DNA of 63,846 nt, filler included, from Gemmatimonadota bacterium (GTDB taxonomy: Bacteria; 4572-55; J002): assembly GCA_003697105.1 (NCBI GenBank). It is 5 parts of 5 records of this genome, joined end to end, with 100 filler letters (N's around TTAATTAATTAA, not from the genome) between each part and the next. Parts side by side here need not be neighbours in the genome. Positions count along the whole stretch, not along the records: positions 1 to 11,922 come from RFFQ01000163.1; positions 12,023 to 31,613 come from RFFQ01000164.1; 3 more parts are not named here. One strand, 5' to 3'. The first letter of the stretch is position 1. Each line of letters begins with the position of its first letter. Below the pieces are notes generated by a model. It was not told the origin of the DNA. It saw only the letters and a list, made by a program, of their open reading frames with translations, and did no database searches. Below, one piece after another: positions 7,859-17,979 of this stretch. Position numbers and translations under genes: made by a program.

Positions 7859-10732
7859 GTGGCGAAAGCAAAGTCCAAACTCATTTCCGATGCCCGTAAA
7901 GAAGCTAAAAAAGGGCGATACGAAAAAGCCGCCGACTTATACAAACAGGCATTAGAAGCGGATCCAACGGACTATAATTTATGTATCACCCTAGGGGATA
8001 CCTATGTCAAACTAGAGCGCAACTTCGATGCGGTGAAATCGTATGAAATGGCGGCGGATATTTGCCAACGGGAAGGGTTGCTCGTACCGGCAATCGCGAT
8101 CTGTAAAAAGATCACGCGGGCACGTCCCAACCATGCCCCCGCATACAAACGGTTGGGAGAGTTATACGGTGAGCGCCATTTGCTCAAAGATGCGATTGAC
8201 AATTACAGCCAATACGCAGATTTGATGCTCAAAGAAAATAACATGAATGAGGTCTTGAATGCCTATAAACAGGTGGTAGACCTCGCCCCAACTAACGTGA
8301 CCATTCGCACCCGGCTGGCAGAATTGTATGTCTCCCAAAAGCAAATTGACCGTGCACTTGTTGAATACCATACCCTGCTGGACTTGTATAAAAAACAAGG
8401 AAATGATGATAAAGTTCAGGAGATCGAATCCAAAATCAGAGAATTAGGCTCTACCCCAGACGCCGCACCACCGCGCCCGGCCCAAACAGAAGCACCGGGT
8501 GCCTCCGCCCCTCCCCCCAGTGAGGGTCCTATCGAAATGGATTTGACAGATTTGGATTCATTGAACGATCTCGATAATGATGTGACGATTGGGACACCAT
8601 CGATAGAAGATAGCCCCTCTCCCGATGAGGTGAGCGAGGGTATTCCGGTGGATTTATCGGGTTTAGACGATTTAAGTGCTCCAGAACCCACCGGCGAAAC
8701 CGGTGCCAGTGTACCCGGGGGACTGGCGGATGAAGCACCTGCAGAAGCCGGAGGTACGTTTGAGATTCCAGCCGAAGACCTACCGCCAACAGAAGACCTT
8801 GAGACGGATGATGAACCTGTTCTTTCCATTGATGAAGACCTCCTGATTGGGGGCGATATTTCCTTTGAAGCGGAAGAAGAACCCCCGGCAAGTACCCCAC
8901 CCCCCGTGGAAGATACACCCGAACCGGATGCGGCCGATATCTTGGCAGAGATGGGGCTTTTTGGGGATATGGCTACCTCCACGGAAGATGAGGATGAAGA
9001 GGAAGAACCGTATGAAGCGGAGGAAGAAGACGTCGTTTCCCCACCCATGCCGGAGATTCTGGATGATACCCAACCCGAACCGGAAGAACCGGAAGAACCG
9101 GAAGTAAAACCAACGCCTCCTCCCTCCCAACCGGCAGTAACGGCTACAAAACCGGTGCCTCCCTCAGAACCCGCAGAGTCAACCCCGACCACCATCCCCG
9201 AAGCAACGGCATTGTTGGAGGAAAATCCCAGAAATTGGCGAATATATCTAATTTTGGGAGACTTGTTTGAACAGGAAGCCGCTCGATCCGGTAATTTCGA
9301 TCTGGTAATGAATGCCGCCGTAGTGTACCAGCGCGGCGCCGAAGGCTACGAGCAAGATGAGGACTTTGAAGGTGCGGCGCAAGGCTATATCCGGTGGATG
9401 AAGATCGCCGGTGAAATTGATGCACCAGACGCCATTATCCAATCCATCTTGCAGAAATTATCCATGTTCGCCCAGCGGATTACCAATAACAAAGTCAACG
9501 CCCAAATTTATGAACAAATCGCCTTGCACTATGTCAATGACCAAGACTTGGATTCAGCAAGCGCCTACTACCAAAAGATGGTTGAATCGGCGTATTCGGT
9601 TATGGAGCGGGAGCTAATCAGTAACGGTTACGTCGGGCTTGCCAAAGTGCTGATCGCGAAAAATGAGGTGGAAACTGCCCGAAAACGCTTGGAAACCGCT
9701 TTGAAGTTTAATAAATCGCACTCGGAAGCCGCCCAATTGCTCATGAAAATCGATATGGGAGAAATTGGTGCTCCTGCGCCCGCACCCCCGGTAGCGCCTC
9801 CAGCGACACAGCAAGCCCCACCCGCAACACCATTATATTCTCCCCCCAAAGACGAAGGGTATGTCAATGTTCAGGACTGGTTTCAAGATGACTCTGATGA
9901 CTCGGAAGTCATTGATATTCGTCAGGATGCGCCAGATTTTCTGGATAGTGACTCGGTAGAAGACATCATCAAAGGATTTCGTGCCGGACTGGAAGAAACT
10001 ATCTCCGAAGAAGATTATGCCATGCGCTACGATCTAGGAGTTGCCTACAAAGAAATGGGTCTGTTGGATGAGGCCATCAGCGAATTTCAAAAGGCAACCA
10101 GTGGCGGCGATCAACAGTTAAAAGCGTATGAAAATATCGGGGTCTGTTTTCTGGAAAAAAATGAACCCCGTTTTGCCATCCGGCAATTACTGAAAGGGAT
10201 GGAAGTACGCGGCTACCCCGATGAGCAATATATTGGCTTGCATTATTATATGGGACGAGCCTATGAAGAGTTGGGGGATACTCAAAAAGCACTTGCGGAA
10301 TATGAAGAAGTCTATGTCATGGATGTCGCCTTTAAAGATGTACAAGAACGGATTTCCCGGCTGAGTAAATTGAAGGATGCCGGCGCCAAGCCAGCATCCC
10401 CGGCTCCATCTCCCCCCACAGGGAAGAAAACCTCTCCTGATGTGGGTGCAGGGGCACCCACACCGGCAACGGTGCCTCCCGCATCTGCACCGCGACGCTT
10501 CCAACCACCCGGTATGAAAGGCGCACCTACCCCCAAACCGGTCGGCCCGCGCACACCAGCTAAACCCCCAGCCGTAGATGATACAACAGAAACCAAAAAC
10601 TCTTTTTTCGATGAAGATGACTTGGATATCCCGGCATTGGATGGCATCGCCGGCGATAAAGATGATGCCGATAAAAGTAAGCGACCTTCTAAAAAGAAAA
10701 ACGACCGTGACAAACGGATTTCATTTCTATAA
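7859..10732 (+). CDS. Large TPR protein with acidic Pro-rich linkers
   Basis: N-terminal, central and C-terminal TPR clusters (RYDLGVAYKEMGLLDEAISEFQKA) separated by D/E/P-rich low-complexity segments. Confidence 0.85.
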   Translation: MAKAKSKLISDARKEAKKGRYEKAADLYKQALEADPTDYNLCITLGDTYVKLERNFDAVKSYEMAADICQREGLLVPAIAICKKITRARPNHAPAYKRLGELYGERHLLKDAIDNYSQYADLMLKENNMNEVLNAYKQVVDLAPTNVTIRTRLAELYVSQKQIDRALVEYHTLLDLYKKQGNDDKVQEIESKIRELGSTPDAAPPRPAQTEAPGASAPPPSEGPIEMDLTDLDSLNDLDNDVTIGTPSIEDSPSPDEVSEGIPVDLSGLDDLSAPEPTGETGASVPGGLADEAPAEAGGTFEIPAEDLPPTEDLETDDEPVLSIDEDLLIGGDISFEAEEEPPASTPPPVEDTPEPDAADILAEMGLFGDMATSTEDEDEEEEPYEAEEEDVVSPPMPEILDDTQPEPEEPEEPEVKPTPPPSQPAVTATKPVPPSEPAESTPTTIPEATALLEENPRNWRIYLILGDLFEQEAARSGNFDLVMNAAVVYQRGAEGYEQDEDFEGAAQGYIRWMKIAGEIDAPDAIIQSILQKLSMFAQRITNNKVNAQIYEQIALHYVNDQDLDSASAYYQKMVESAYSVMERELISNGYVGLAKVLIAKNEVETARKRLETALKFNKSHSEAAQLLMKIDMGEIGAPAPAPPVAPPATQQAPPATPLYSPPKDEGYVNVQDWFQDDSDDSEVIDIRQDAPDFLDSDSVEDIIKGFRAGLEETISEEDYAMRYDLGVAYKEMGLLDEAISEFQKATSGGDQQLKAYENIGVCFLEKNEPRFAIRQLLKGMEVRGYPDEQYIGLHYYMGRAYEELGDTQKALAEYEEVYVMDVAFKDVQERISRLSKLKDAGAKPASPAPSPPTGKKTSPDVGAGAPTPATVPPASAPRRFQPPGMKGAPTPKPVGPRTPAKPPAVDDTTETKNSFFDEDDLDIPALDGIAGDKDDADKSKRPSKKKNDRDKRISFL

Positions 10733-10753
10733 TAGCTCAGGGAGATGGTGTGA

Positions 10754-11716
10754 ATGACGTATGAACAGTTTTATAATCTAACAATGCAACCATTTTCCAA
10801 TTCACCGGACGGTCGTTTTTATTGCCCTACCAGCCAACACCAACAGGCAATTATTCGGATGATGTATGCGGCATATGCCATGAAAGGGTTGGCACTGCTT
10901 GTCGGTGGTATTGGGTGCGGCAAAACCACGCTTTCCCGCCGCCTGCTGAACGAACTCTCGCCGGATGAATACGAAACTGGTTTGCTGGTAATCGTACACG
11001 CCAACATTACGGCACACTGGTTGTTGCGCAAAATTGCCTCTCAATTGGGCGTACAAGACCCCAAAGAAGAAAAAATCGATCTCCTCAATCAAATTTTTCA
11101 CCGCTTGATGGAAATCCATGACGAGGGAAAAAAAGCCGTTATCATCATTGATGAAGCAAACATGCTCAATACCCGAGAGTTAATGGAAGAATTTCGGGGA
11201 CTGCTAAACATGGAACTTCCCGGACGGAAACTGATTACATTTATTTTAGTCGGTTTACCGGAACTTGAAGACCATTTGGCGTTAGATGAACCCCTCAAAC
11301 AACGCGTTGCTGTCCGGTTTTCCTTACAAGCATTGCTACCGGATGGCGTTAAAGAATATATTCAACACCGGTTATCCGTGGCAGGAGGAAATCCCAACAC
11401 GTTTTCGGATGAGGCGATTAAATTGATTTACCGCACCTCACGGGGAGTTCCGCGGGTAATTAACACGATTTGCGATAATGCCCTGTTTGAAGGCTATCTG
11501 CTGCAAAAGCCGATCATTGACGCCGAGCTGATACGCACCGTCTGTATTTCGTTAGGGCTAATTCAACCAGAATACCAACGGAAAGTAGCACAATTAAAAA
11601 CGAAGGTTGCTAAACTGAAAGCCACCCGGCAACACCGGCAAAAAGCTACCCCAGCGGGTTCAGGAGAGTCTGGGGCACGGCAGCAGGTGCGGGTGCCGGC
11701 TTCAAATTCGCAATAG
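10754..11716 (+). CDS. ExeA/GspA family AAA ATPase, short cytoplasmic form
   Basis: PFSNSPD, Walker A GGIGCGKTT, Walker B IIIDEA, GVPRVINTICDNAL. Confidence 0.92.
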   Translation: MTYEQFYNLTMQPFSNSPDGRFYCPTSQHQQAIIRMMYAAYAMKGLALLVGGIGCGKTTLSRRLLNELSPDEYETGLLVIVHANITAHWLLRKIASQLGVQDPKEEKIDLLNQIFHRLMEIHDEGKKAVIIIDEANMLNTRELMEEFRGLLNMELPGRKLITFILVGLPELEDHLALDEPLKQRVAVRFSLQALLPDGVKEYIQHRLSVAGGNPNTFSDEAIKLIYRTSRGVPRVINTICDNALFEGYLLQKPIIDAELIRTVCISLGLIQPEYQRKVAQLKTKVAKLKATRQHRQKATPAGSGESGARQQVRVPASNSQ

Positions 11717-11922
11717 GCTAATGTTTTCGAGAGCCAGAAAGCTAAAAAGACTACCTCGGGCTTTGGTATCCCAACCAAAGCCCGATTTTTTAAACGACCG
11801 GCACAGATTATCCCCCGTACAGAGACAGCTCTGAAGAATGAGTACATGTATAAAGTTACAGTGCAGATTTGAGGCTAGCCAAAAAAATATTTTTTCGCAG
11901 ACTGTTGTAATACTTTCTATGA

Positions 11923-12022
11923 NNNNNNNNNNNNNNNNNNNNNNNNNNNNNNNNNNNNNNNNNNNNTTAATTAATTAANNNNNNNNNNNNNNNNNNNNNN
12001 NNNNNNNNNNNNNNNNNNNNNN
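11923..12022. other. Assembly gap with TTAATTAATTAA linker
   Basis: N runs around an all-frame stop linker. Confidence 0.99.
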
Positions 12023-12382
12023 GAAGCCTTGATCAAAATCATTAACCGCGAGTGCTTACGCTGGTATTTGATGACGCATCACAAAGAGCAATTTCAATCG
12101 ATCTCGGAATTGCAAGAGGCGCTGGATACCTTTGTCGAGTACTATAATTGGTATCGGGGACACCGCGCGATCTCGTATCATACGCCCGGAAGTGTTTATG
12201 CCGGATATCAGCCCAAACGATACCGATTAGGTGCCTTACCGGCAGCCGATATCCTGCTCGGACATCTCCCAGGACTAGAAGGAAAAAGCAAAGAACCACC
12301 ACCCATTGTCGATCACGCCTTTAGAAAAAGGCATCTGGCACTTGTGACGGTCTAAAATTCTCACAGGTCAGGTGATAGAACA
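12023..12382 (+). mobile_element. 3' end of an IS481/IS3-type DDE transposase (ORF ends 12355) with possible right end
   Basis: EALIKIINREC...LQEALDTFVEYYNWYRGHRAISYHTP integrase-core C-terminus; a candidate ...GAACA end at 12382; truncated by the gap. Confidence 0.75.
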
Positions 12383-12385
12383 GGC

Positions 12386-12425
12386 TATATGCCTGCCAGT
12401 CCTTTGAAAGGGTGGCAGGCATATA
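12386..12425. terminator. Hairpin between convergent genes
   Basis: TATATGCCTGCCA / TGGCAGGCATATA 13-bp inverted repeat. Confidence 0.6.
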
Positions 12426-12456
12426 ACACCAACAATAACGAAGCATCCAAAGCACG

Positions 12457-13605
12457 CTATCCTTGCTCCCGGTAACGACGTTCACACTCCCGAATGATAC
12501 GAATCGCCGCCTCGTGCCCATCCCATCCTTCTACACCGACCTTTTTCTCCTCTAAGTCCTTGTAAATAGTAAAGAAGTGCTCAATTTCTTTGAGCAAATG
12601 AGGTGGCACATCGTCCAGCGATTCCAAATGATTCCATAGGGGGTCCAATACCGGAACACATAAAATTTTCTCATCCGGACCCTTTTCATCCCACATTTTG
12701 AAGAGTCCCACCGGTTTTGCTTCGATCATACAACCGGGGAAGGTCGGTTCCCAGACCAGCACCAGGGCATCTAACGGGTCACCATCTTGGGCTAAGGTAT
12801 TGGGAATAAAGCCATAATCACTGGGGTAATGGACGGCAGAAAACAACATCCGGTCAAACTTAACCACATTATGCTCTTTATCGTATTCATACTTGTTGCG
12901 GCTGCCTTTGGGGATTTCAATCAAGACGGTTACCGTGATGTTCTCATCCTCTTTTAGTTGTCCAATGCTCATCTTTTTCAAGAGATCGGGGCGATCTTCC
13001 AAGGCGATCCGGGCAATTTCGACAAAATCATACAACCAATCCTCAAACTGATCCAGAGCTTGATCCCGTTTTTGGGTGGCGGTTTTTAATTCCTGCCGCT
13101 CAGTTTCCATCGTTTGATATGCTTGTGCCACCCGGTCTAGTCCCGGCAAATCGGCTTCCAGTTTCGCGGCGCTAATCCCAAACGAGCTTAATTTGGTGAT
13201 AATCTTCTCATGGGACAAGGCAGTGGTATAAAAATGACGAGCTTGGGTCAGCCACTCCTTAAAATCGCGCTCTCGTGGCGATTCCAAATCCAGTATTTGC
13301 AATAACTTTGGCTCGTTTTTCAAAGCGATTCTTGCGACGCGTAAATGTCGCCGGTAGTTTTTTTCCACGCTCTCGCGGACCAGCTCATAATTTTGGGTGG
13401 CTTCTTGATAGCCTCCGGATTCATTCAATTGGTGCAGATGCCGTTCAACAGTGGTATCATAGAGCGCTTTACCCGCCGCTATTGTGGTCAGATCGTAGCC
13501 AAATTCCGCCAAATAGGGCTGAATCTCCCGGTCCGTGAGAGCGGTTTGCAAGGCAGTTTGCGCCAGTGCTAAATGTTCATCTAAGGTTAATTTGTGTTTT
13601 GCCAT
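12457..13605 (-). CDS. ppa: Family I inorganic pyrophosphatase fused to an N-terminal helical domain of about 215 aa
   Basis: C-terminal IEIPKGSRNKYE, YPSDYGFIP, DGDPLD, DEKGPDEK, FFTIYKDLE. GAGGA RBS before ATG 13605. Confidence 0.88.
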   Translation of the reverse strand: MAKHKLTLDEHLALAQTALQTALTDREIQPYLAEFGYDLTTIAAGKALYDTTVERHLHQLNESGGYQEATQNYELVRESVEKNYRRHLRVARIALKNEPKLLQILDLESPRERDFKEWLTQARHFYTTALSHEKIITKLSSFGISAAKLEADLPGLDRVAQAYQTMETERQELKTATQKRDQALDQFEDWLYDFVEIARIALEDRPDLLKKMSIGQLKEDENITVTVLIEIPKGSRNKYEYDKEHNVVKFDRMLFSAVHYPSDYGFIPNTLAQDGDPLDALVLVWEPTFPGCMIEAKPVGLFKMWDEKGPDEKILCVPVLDPLWNHLESLDDVPPHLLKEIEHFFTIYKDLEEKKVGVEGWDGHEAAIRIIRECERRYREQG

Positions 13606-13622
13606 GTATCTATCCTCATTCA

Positions 13623-14597
13623 TCAAGGGGTAATCTCCGTTAACTTTGTAATCTCATTGCCCTCACATGTCCAGCACTGCAGGGAATCCAACCTCCGTTT
13701 TTTCATGGACTTGAATGGTGCTGGCAACCGGCGTTTGGTGAGTCTTTTTTCGGCGACGCCATTTTGAGCACAACCTAGCAGTAAACCGTATCCTTTGTGC
13801 CATCGCGGGCGGCCTAGCACTCGCACGGCGTTTCGGGGCAAGGCGGGAAAGGGTCGTTTATCCAGTACCAAATAGCTAAGCGGCAAACTGCGCAAATCCA
13901 CCCCAGCCAGCCGCGCAAATTTGCTCCAATTTGGGTCGTGGAAAATCTCCGGCGGGGAATCCGCAAAAAAATGACACCAATGGGGTTGATGTTCCGGTAG
14001 CAACAAGCCGCAGGTCATTTGATGGGGACAAGGGGCAATGATGTTAAAATCGGGTGTGAGGCGCTCCCGAATATCAATTAATTGGTGGCTCACGGCATAC
14101 GTACCCGGCTCCACCCAGATGATTGCCGTCGCTTGGCGAGCCAAAGTTAGCAGGTCACTCACCCGATCTGGGGAAAGTTCCGTCAACACATGGCTGATCA
14201 GGCAGATACCGCCGGTAATGCCGGACCGAATCTCGACGTTCAGCTTGGGGAAAGCGTGCTTCGCGCGATTCGCGGCGAAATGCCGGGCACGGGGTGAGCG
14301 ATCCCATAAACAAAGGGATTGCACCCGGTCTGCCCCAAATTGGTCGAGAAAGGTACGATGTGCCACACCACTACCGCAACCCCAATCCAGCAACATACCG
14401 GTTGGGGGTTGCCAATTCCGGCGCACCAATTCGCGCAAGACATATTGCCACTTCCAGCGGATACGTTGGGCAAACGTTTCGTCGTAGTGGTGCAGGTCAT
14501 CTTCTGATTGCCAATAATCATGTGTGCCGGCAGTGCCGGTTAAAAATGCCTTGCGCAATCGTTCGAGTGTTTTCCAGTTGATAGTCGTCCAATCCAT
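13623..14597 (-). CDS. Rsm22/METTL17-like SAM-dependent methyltransferase-fold protein
   Basis: LLDWGCGSG SAM motif, SHVLTEL, VEPGT, APCPHQMTC...WCHF. Confidence 0.8.
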   Translation of the reverse strand: MDWTTINWKTLERLRKAFLTGTAGTHDYWQSEDDLHHYDETFAQRIRWKWQYVLRELVRRNWQPPTGMLLDWGCGSGVAHRTFLDQFGADRVQSLCLWDRSPRARHFAANRAKHAFPKLNVEIRSGITGGICLISHVLTELSPDRVSDLLTLARQATAIIWVEPGTYAVSHQLIDIRERLTPDFNIIAPCPHQMTCGLLLPEHQPHWCHFFADSPPEIFHDPNWSKFARLAGVDLRSLPLSYLVLDKRPFPALPRNAVRVLGRPRWHKGYGLLLGCAQNGVAEKRLTKRRLPAPFKSMKKRRLDSLQCWTCEGNEITKLTEITP

Positions 14598-14655
14598 AGT
14601 GACCGGTATTCAAAATAGAGCAAGTAAACATCGTTGAAATCCGCCGGGTATGGGC

Positions 14656-14687
14656 AAAAAAACACCCGCTGACGGACTCAACGGGTG
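14656..14687 (-). terminator. Intrinsic terminator after fbaB
   Basis: Minus strand CACCCGTTGA-GTCCG-TCAGCGGGTG followed by T7. Confidence 0.8.
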
Positions 14688-14718
14688 CTTCTTTTGAACC
14701 TTAAAACCGGGAACCAAT

Positions 14719-15780
14719 TTACGCTACAGTAACTTCATCTGTCAGATAAACATCCTGAATGGCGTTCAGCAGTGCGACGCCCTCATCCATGGGGCGTTGG
14801 AACGCTTTCCGCCCGGAGATCAAGCCCATACCCCCCGCACGCTTGTTGATAACAGCGGTCTTGACGGCTTGTGCCAAGTCTCCCGCACCACTGGAAGCGC
14901 CACCGGAGTTGATCAACCCAATGCGACCCATGTAGCAATTTGCCACCTGATAACGGGTCAAGTCAATCGGATTGTCAGAGGTCAAATCCTCATACACTTT
15001 TTTGTGGGTTTTGGCAAATTTAAGGGCATTAAAACCGCCATTAGTTTCCGGTTGTTTTTGTTTAACAATATCGGCTTCGATAGTTACCCCCAAATGATTT
15101 GCCTGACCGGTCATATCCGCCGCAACGTGATAATCCGTGCCATCCTTTTTGAACGCCGAATTGCGCAGATAGCACCACAAAATAGTACCCATCCCCAATT
15201 CGTGCGCGTATTGAAAGGCTTCGCTAACTTCAATGATTTGGCGGCTTGATTCTTCCGAACCGTAGTAAATCGTGGCACCAACCGCCACCGCCCCCATATC
15301 GAACGCCTGCTCCACCGAGGCAAACATAATTTGATCGTACTTATTGGGATAGGTCAGCAATTCGTTGTGATTGATTTTAACAATAAACGGAATCTTGTGG
15401 GCATATTTCCGCGCAACCGCACCCAACACCCCCAACGTGGAAGCGACGGCGTTACAACCCCCTTCAATGGCTAATTTGACGATATTTTCTGGATCAAAAT
15501 AGATCGGATTGGGTGCAAATGACGCCCCGGCAGTATGCTCAATCCCTTGGTCAACCGGTAAAATAGAGACATAGCCTGTACCCGCTAACCGGCCATGATT
15601 AAACAATTGCTGTAAACTGCGTAAAACCGGTATTGGGCGGTCAGATGCCATAAAGATACGATCCACAAAATCCGGTCCCGGCAAGTGAAGTTGGTCTTTA
15701 GGGATGGTTGTACACTCATGACCGAGCAGGTCATCTGCTTCATCCCCTAACAGTTCGCGAATATGATCGATCATCGACAC
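14719..15780 (-). CDS. fbaB: Class I fructose-bisphosphate aldolase (DhnA type)
   Basis: [44 protein letters not shown]. Confidence 0.97.
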   Translation of the reverse strand: MSMIDHIRELLGDEADDLLGHECTTIPKDQLHLPGPDFVDRIFMASDRPIPVLRSLQQLFNHGRLAGTGYVSILPVDQGIEHTAGASFAPNPIYFDPENIVKLAIEGGCNAVASTLGVLGAVARKYAHKIPFIVKINHNELLTYPNKYDQIMFASVEQAFDMGAVAVGATIYYGSEESSRQIIEVSEAFQYAHELGMGTILWCYLRNSAFKKDGTDYHVAADMTGQANHLGVTIEADIVKQKQPETNGGFNALKFAKTHKKVYEDLTSDNPIDLTRYQVANCYMGRIGLINSGGASSGAGDLAQAVKTAVINKRAGGMGLISGRKAFQRPMDEGVALLNAIQDVYLTDEVTVA

Positions 15781-16013
15781 ATCCTCCTTTAAAAAGTAAT
15801 GGAAAAAAAGAGTAAAAAGACGGTTATGACGTTATCAAAAACAAATGGGAAAATCAAGGAAAAAATAGCGATTTATCCGAAAATTTCTCGTTGCGTTTTT
15901 AGGGGGAAGCCTCTATTATTGAAGCCATCTTCCGGCAAGGGGTATCGAGACCTCAACCCCGGAATCCAGCATATTTTTTCCATCCGAATACTTAATTAAT
16001 GATAGCATAATAG

Positions 16014-17417
16014 ATGAATCACATTCATTTTATCGGTATTTGCGGCACGGCAATGGCCTCCGTAGCCGTGATGTTCAAGCAATGTGGCATTCAGGTCACG
16101 GGGTCGGATCAAAACGTATATCCTCCGATGAGTACCTTTCTCGCCGAGAATGGCATTGACGTGAAAACGGGCTACAGTCCGGCGAATTTAGAACCGGCAC
16201 CGGATATTGTCGTGATTGGCAATGCCATTTCACGCGGGAACCCGGAAGTGGAAGCAGTGTTAGAGCGGCATCTGAATTATGCCTCTTTGCCGGAAATGTT
16301 GCGCGAAAATTTTATCCGCGGGCGCACCTCAGTTGTCATAACCGGTACTCACGGCAAAACGACAACCACCAGCCTCGTCGCATGGCTGTTACACTCAGCC
16401 GGAAAGGCGCCGGGGTTTATGGTGGGCGGTATTCCGCTCAATTTTGGCACCAGCGCACGCCTTCCACGGGGTGAAATTTTCGTCTGTGAAGGCGATGAAT
16501 ACGACACTGCCTTTTTTGACAAGCGTTCTAAATTCCTGAACTACCTACCGGATATGGTGGTGATTAACAATCTGGAATTTGATCATGCCGATATTTTTGA
16601 TTCCCTGAAAGATATTCAAAAGTCTTTCCGCCAGTTGGTCAACTTAATTCCCCGAACAGGGCGGATTTGGGTCAATGGAGACGATGAAAATGCACTCGCC
16701 GTTGTGGATCATGCCTTTTGTCCCGTCGAGACTTTCGGATTTTCGGCAGGTTGTGATTGGCAGGCTGTTGGTATTCACCCAACCCCTACCGGCACTCGTT
16801 TTAACATTCGTTACCGGAAGTACACCTTCCCGGAATTGACGCTCCCGCTATGGGGCAATCATAATGTTAAAAATGCCTTGGCGGCAACGGCACTGAGCTA
16901 TCATCTCGGCTTGAAAAAAAATGATATTCGACACGGGTTAGCCACGTTTCAAGGGGTTAAACGTCGTTTAGAACAGCTCGCTGAGATCCATACGATAACC
17001 CTTTATGATGATTTTGCCCATCATCCGACCGCCATCCGCGAAACCTTGATTGCTTTGCGCCACAAGCATCCCAACCGGCGGCTCGTCGTTGCCCTCGATC
17101 CCCGTAGCAATACGATGGTACGGCACTTCCACCAAGAGACCTTACCGGTCGCTCTGGCACAAGCGGATGTTATTCTATTTAACGATTTACATCGCAAAGA
17201 CACCATTGAGGTGGGTCAACGGTTACACCTCGATCCAATCGTTCAGAAATTAACCCGTCAAGGTAAGATCGCCCATGCTTACGCCTCAGCAGATGAGATT
17301 TTAAGCGCGTTGAGTACCATGCTTATGCCCAACGATGTGGTTGTTCTGATGAGCAATGGTGGCTTTGGCGGGATTCACCAGCATCTTATTAACCACCTCC
17401 AAAGGAAACCCTCATGA
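16014..17417 (+). CDS. mpl: Murein peptide ligase Mpl
   Basis: HFIGICGTAM, GTHGKTTTT, EGDEYDTAFFDKRSKF, NNLEFDHADIF, DDFAHHPTAI, MSNGGFGGIH. Confidence 0.95.
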   Translation: MNHIHFIGICGTAMASVAVMFKQCGIQVTGSDQNVYPPMSTFLAENGIDVKTGYSPANLEPAPDIVVIGNAISRGNPEVEAVLERHLNYASLPEMLRENFIRGRTSVVITGTHGKTTTTSLVAWLLHSAGKAPGFMVGGIPLNFGTSARLPRGEIFVCEGDEYDTAFFDKRSKFLNYLPDMVVINNLEFDHADIFDSLKDIQKSFRQLVNLIPRTGRIWVNGDDENALAVVDHAFCPVETFGFSAGCDWQAVGIHPTPTGTRFNIRYRKYTFPELTLPLWGNHNVKNALAATALSYHLGLKKNDIRHGLATFQGVKRRLEQLAEIHTITLYDDFAHHPTAIRETLIALRHKHPNRRLVVALDPRSNTMVRHFHQETLPVALAQADVILFNDLHRKDTIEVGQRLHLDPIVQKLTRQGKIAHAYASADEILSALSTMLMPNDVVVLMSNGGFGGIHQHLINHLQRKPS

Positions 17418-17965
17418 CCACCAAACGAACGCCTGCCGAAAATATCGAAATTGTCTGGCAAAATGTTGAAGCCGCATTTCTCGCGGATGCGCGAGCCCGG
17501 CTTCAGAAAATGTACTTACCGTGGATTTGCCAATCGTTGGAAATGCTCTCCGAGGAAGACATTTGGTGGCGACCGAATCCACACTCCAACAGTGCGGGGA
17601 ATTTGGTGTTACACTTATGTGGGAATATCCGCCAATGGGTCATCACGGGGCTAACCGGAGCAGACGATCAGCGCCAACGAGACGCCGAGTTTGCACCGGG
17701 TCAACATCCATCCCGGGCGGAATTAATCGAGCTTCTCCAGCAAACATTGCAAGAAGTGGATCAGGTGCTGGAACATCTTTCACCGGATAAACTCCTAAAA
17801 TACCATACCATTCAGGGATTTCGGGAGACCGGTCTGACGGCAATTTTTCATGCGGTGGAGCATTTTTCATATCACACCGGACAAATTGCGTATATCGCCA
17901 AATTACGCGGTGGAAAGCCAACCCATTTTTATGATGACAACCAATTGAACACCCCGAAATCCTGA
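17414..17965 (+). CDS. DinB/DUF1572 family protein
   Basis: NSAGNLVLHLCGNIRQW, RQRDAEF, HFSYHTGQI; 4-nt overlap with mpl. Confidence 0.85.
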   Translation: MTTKRTPAENIEIVWQNVEAAFLADARARLQKMYLPWICQSLEMLSEEDIWWRPNPHSNSAGNLVLHLCGNIRQWVITGLTGADDQRQRDAEFAPGQHPSRAELIELLQQTLQEVDQVLEHLSPDKLLKYHTIQGFRETGLTAIFHAVEHFSYHTGQIAYIAKLRGGKPTHFYDDNQLNTPKS

Positions 17966-17979
17966 AGGGAGAACCCTAA

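Noticed and set aside
8416-9195. 259-aa Ser/Gly-rich antisense ORF
   Set aside because: Shadow of the acidic Pro-rich linker of the TPR gene. The other short overlapping ORFs in the track were dismissed for the same reason.
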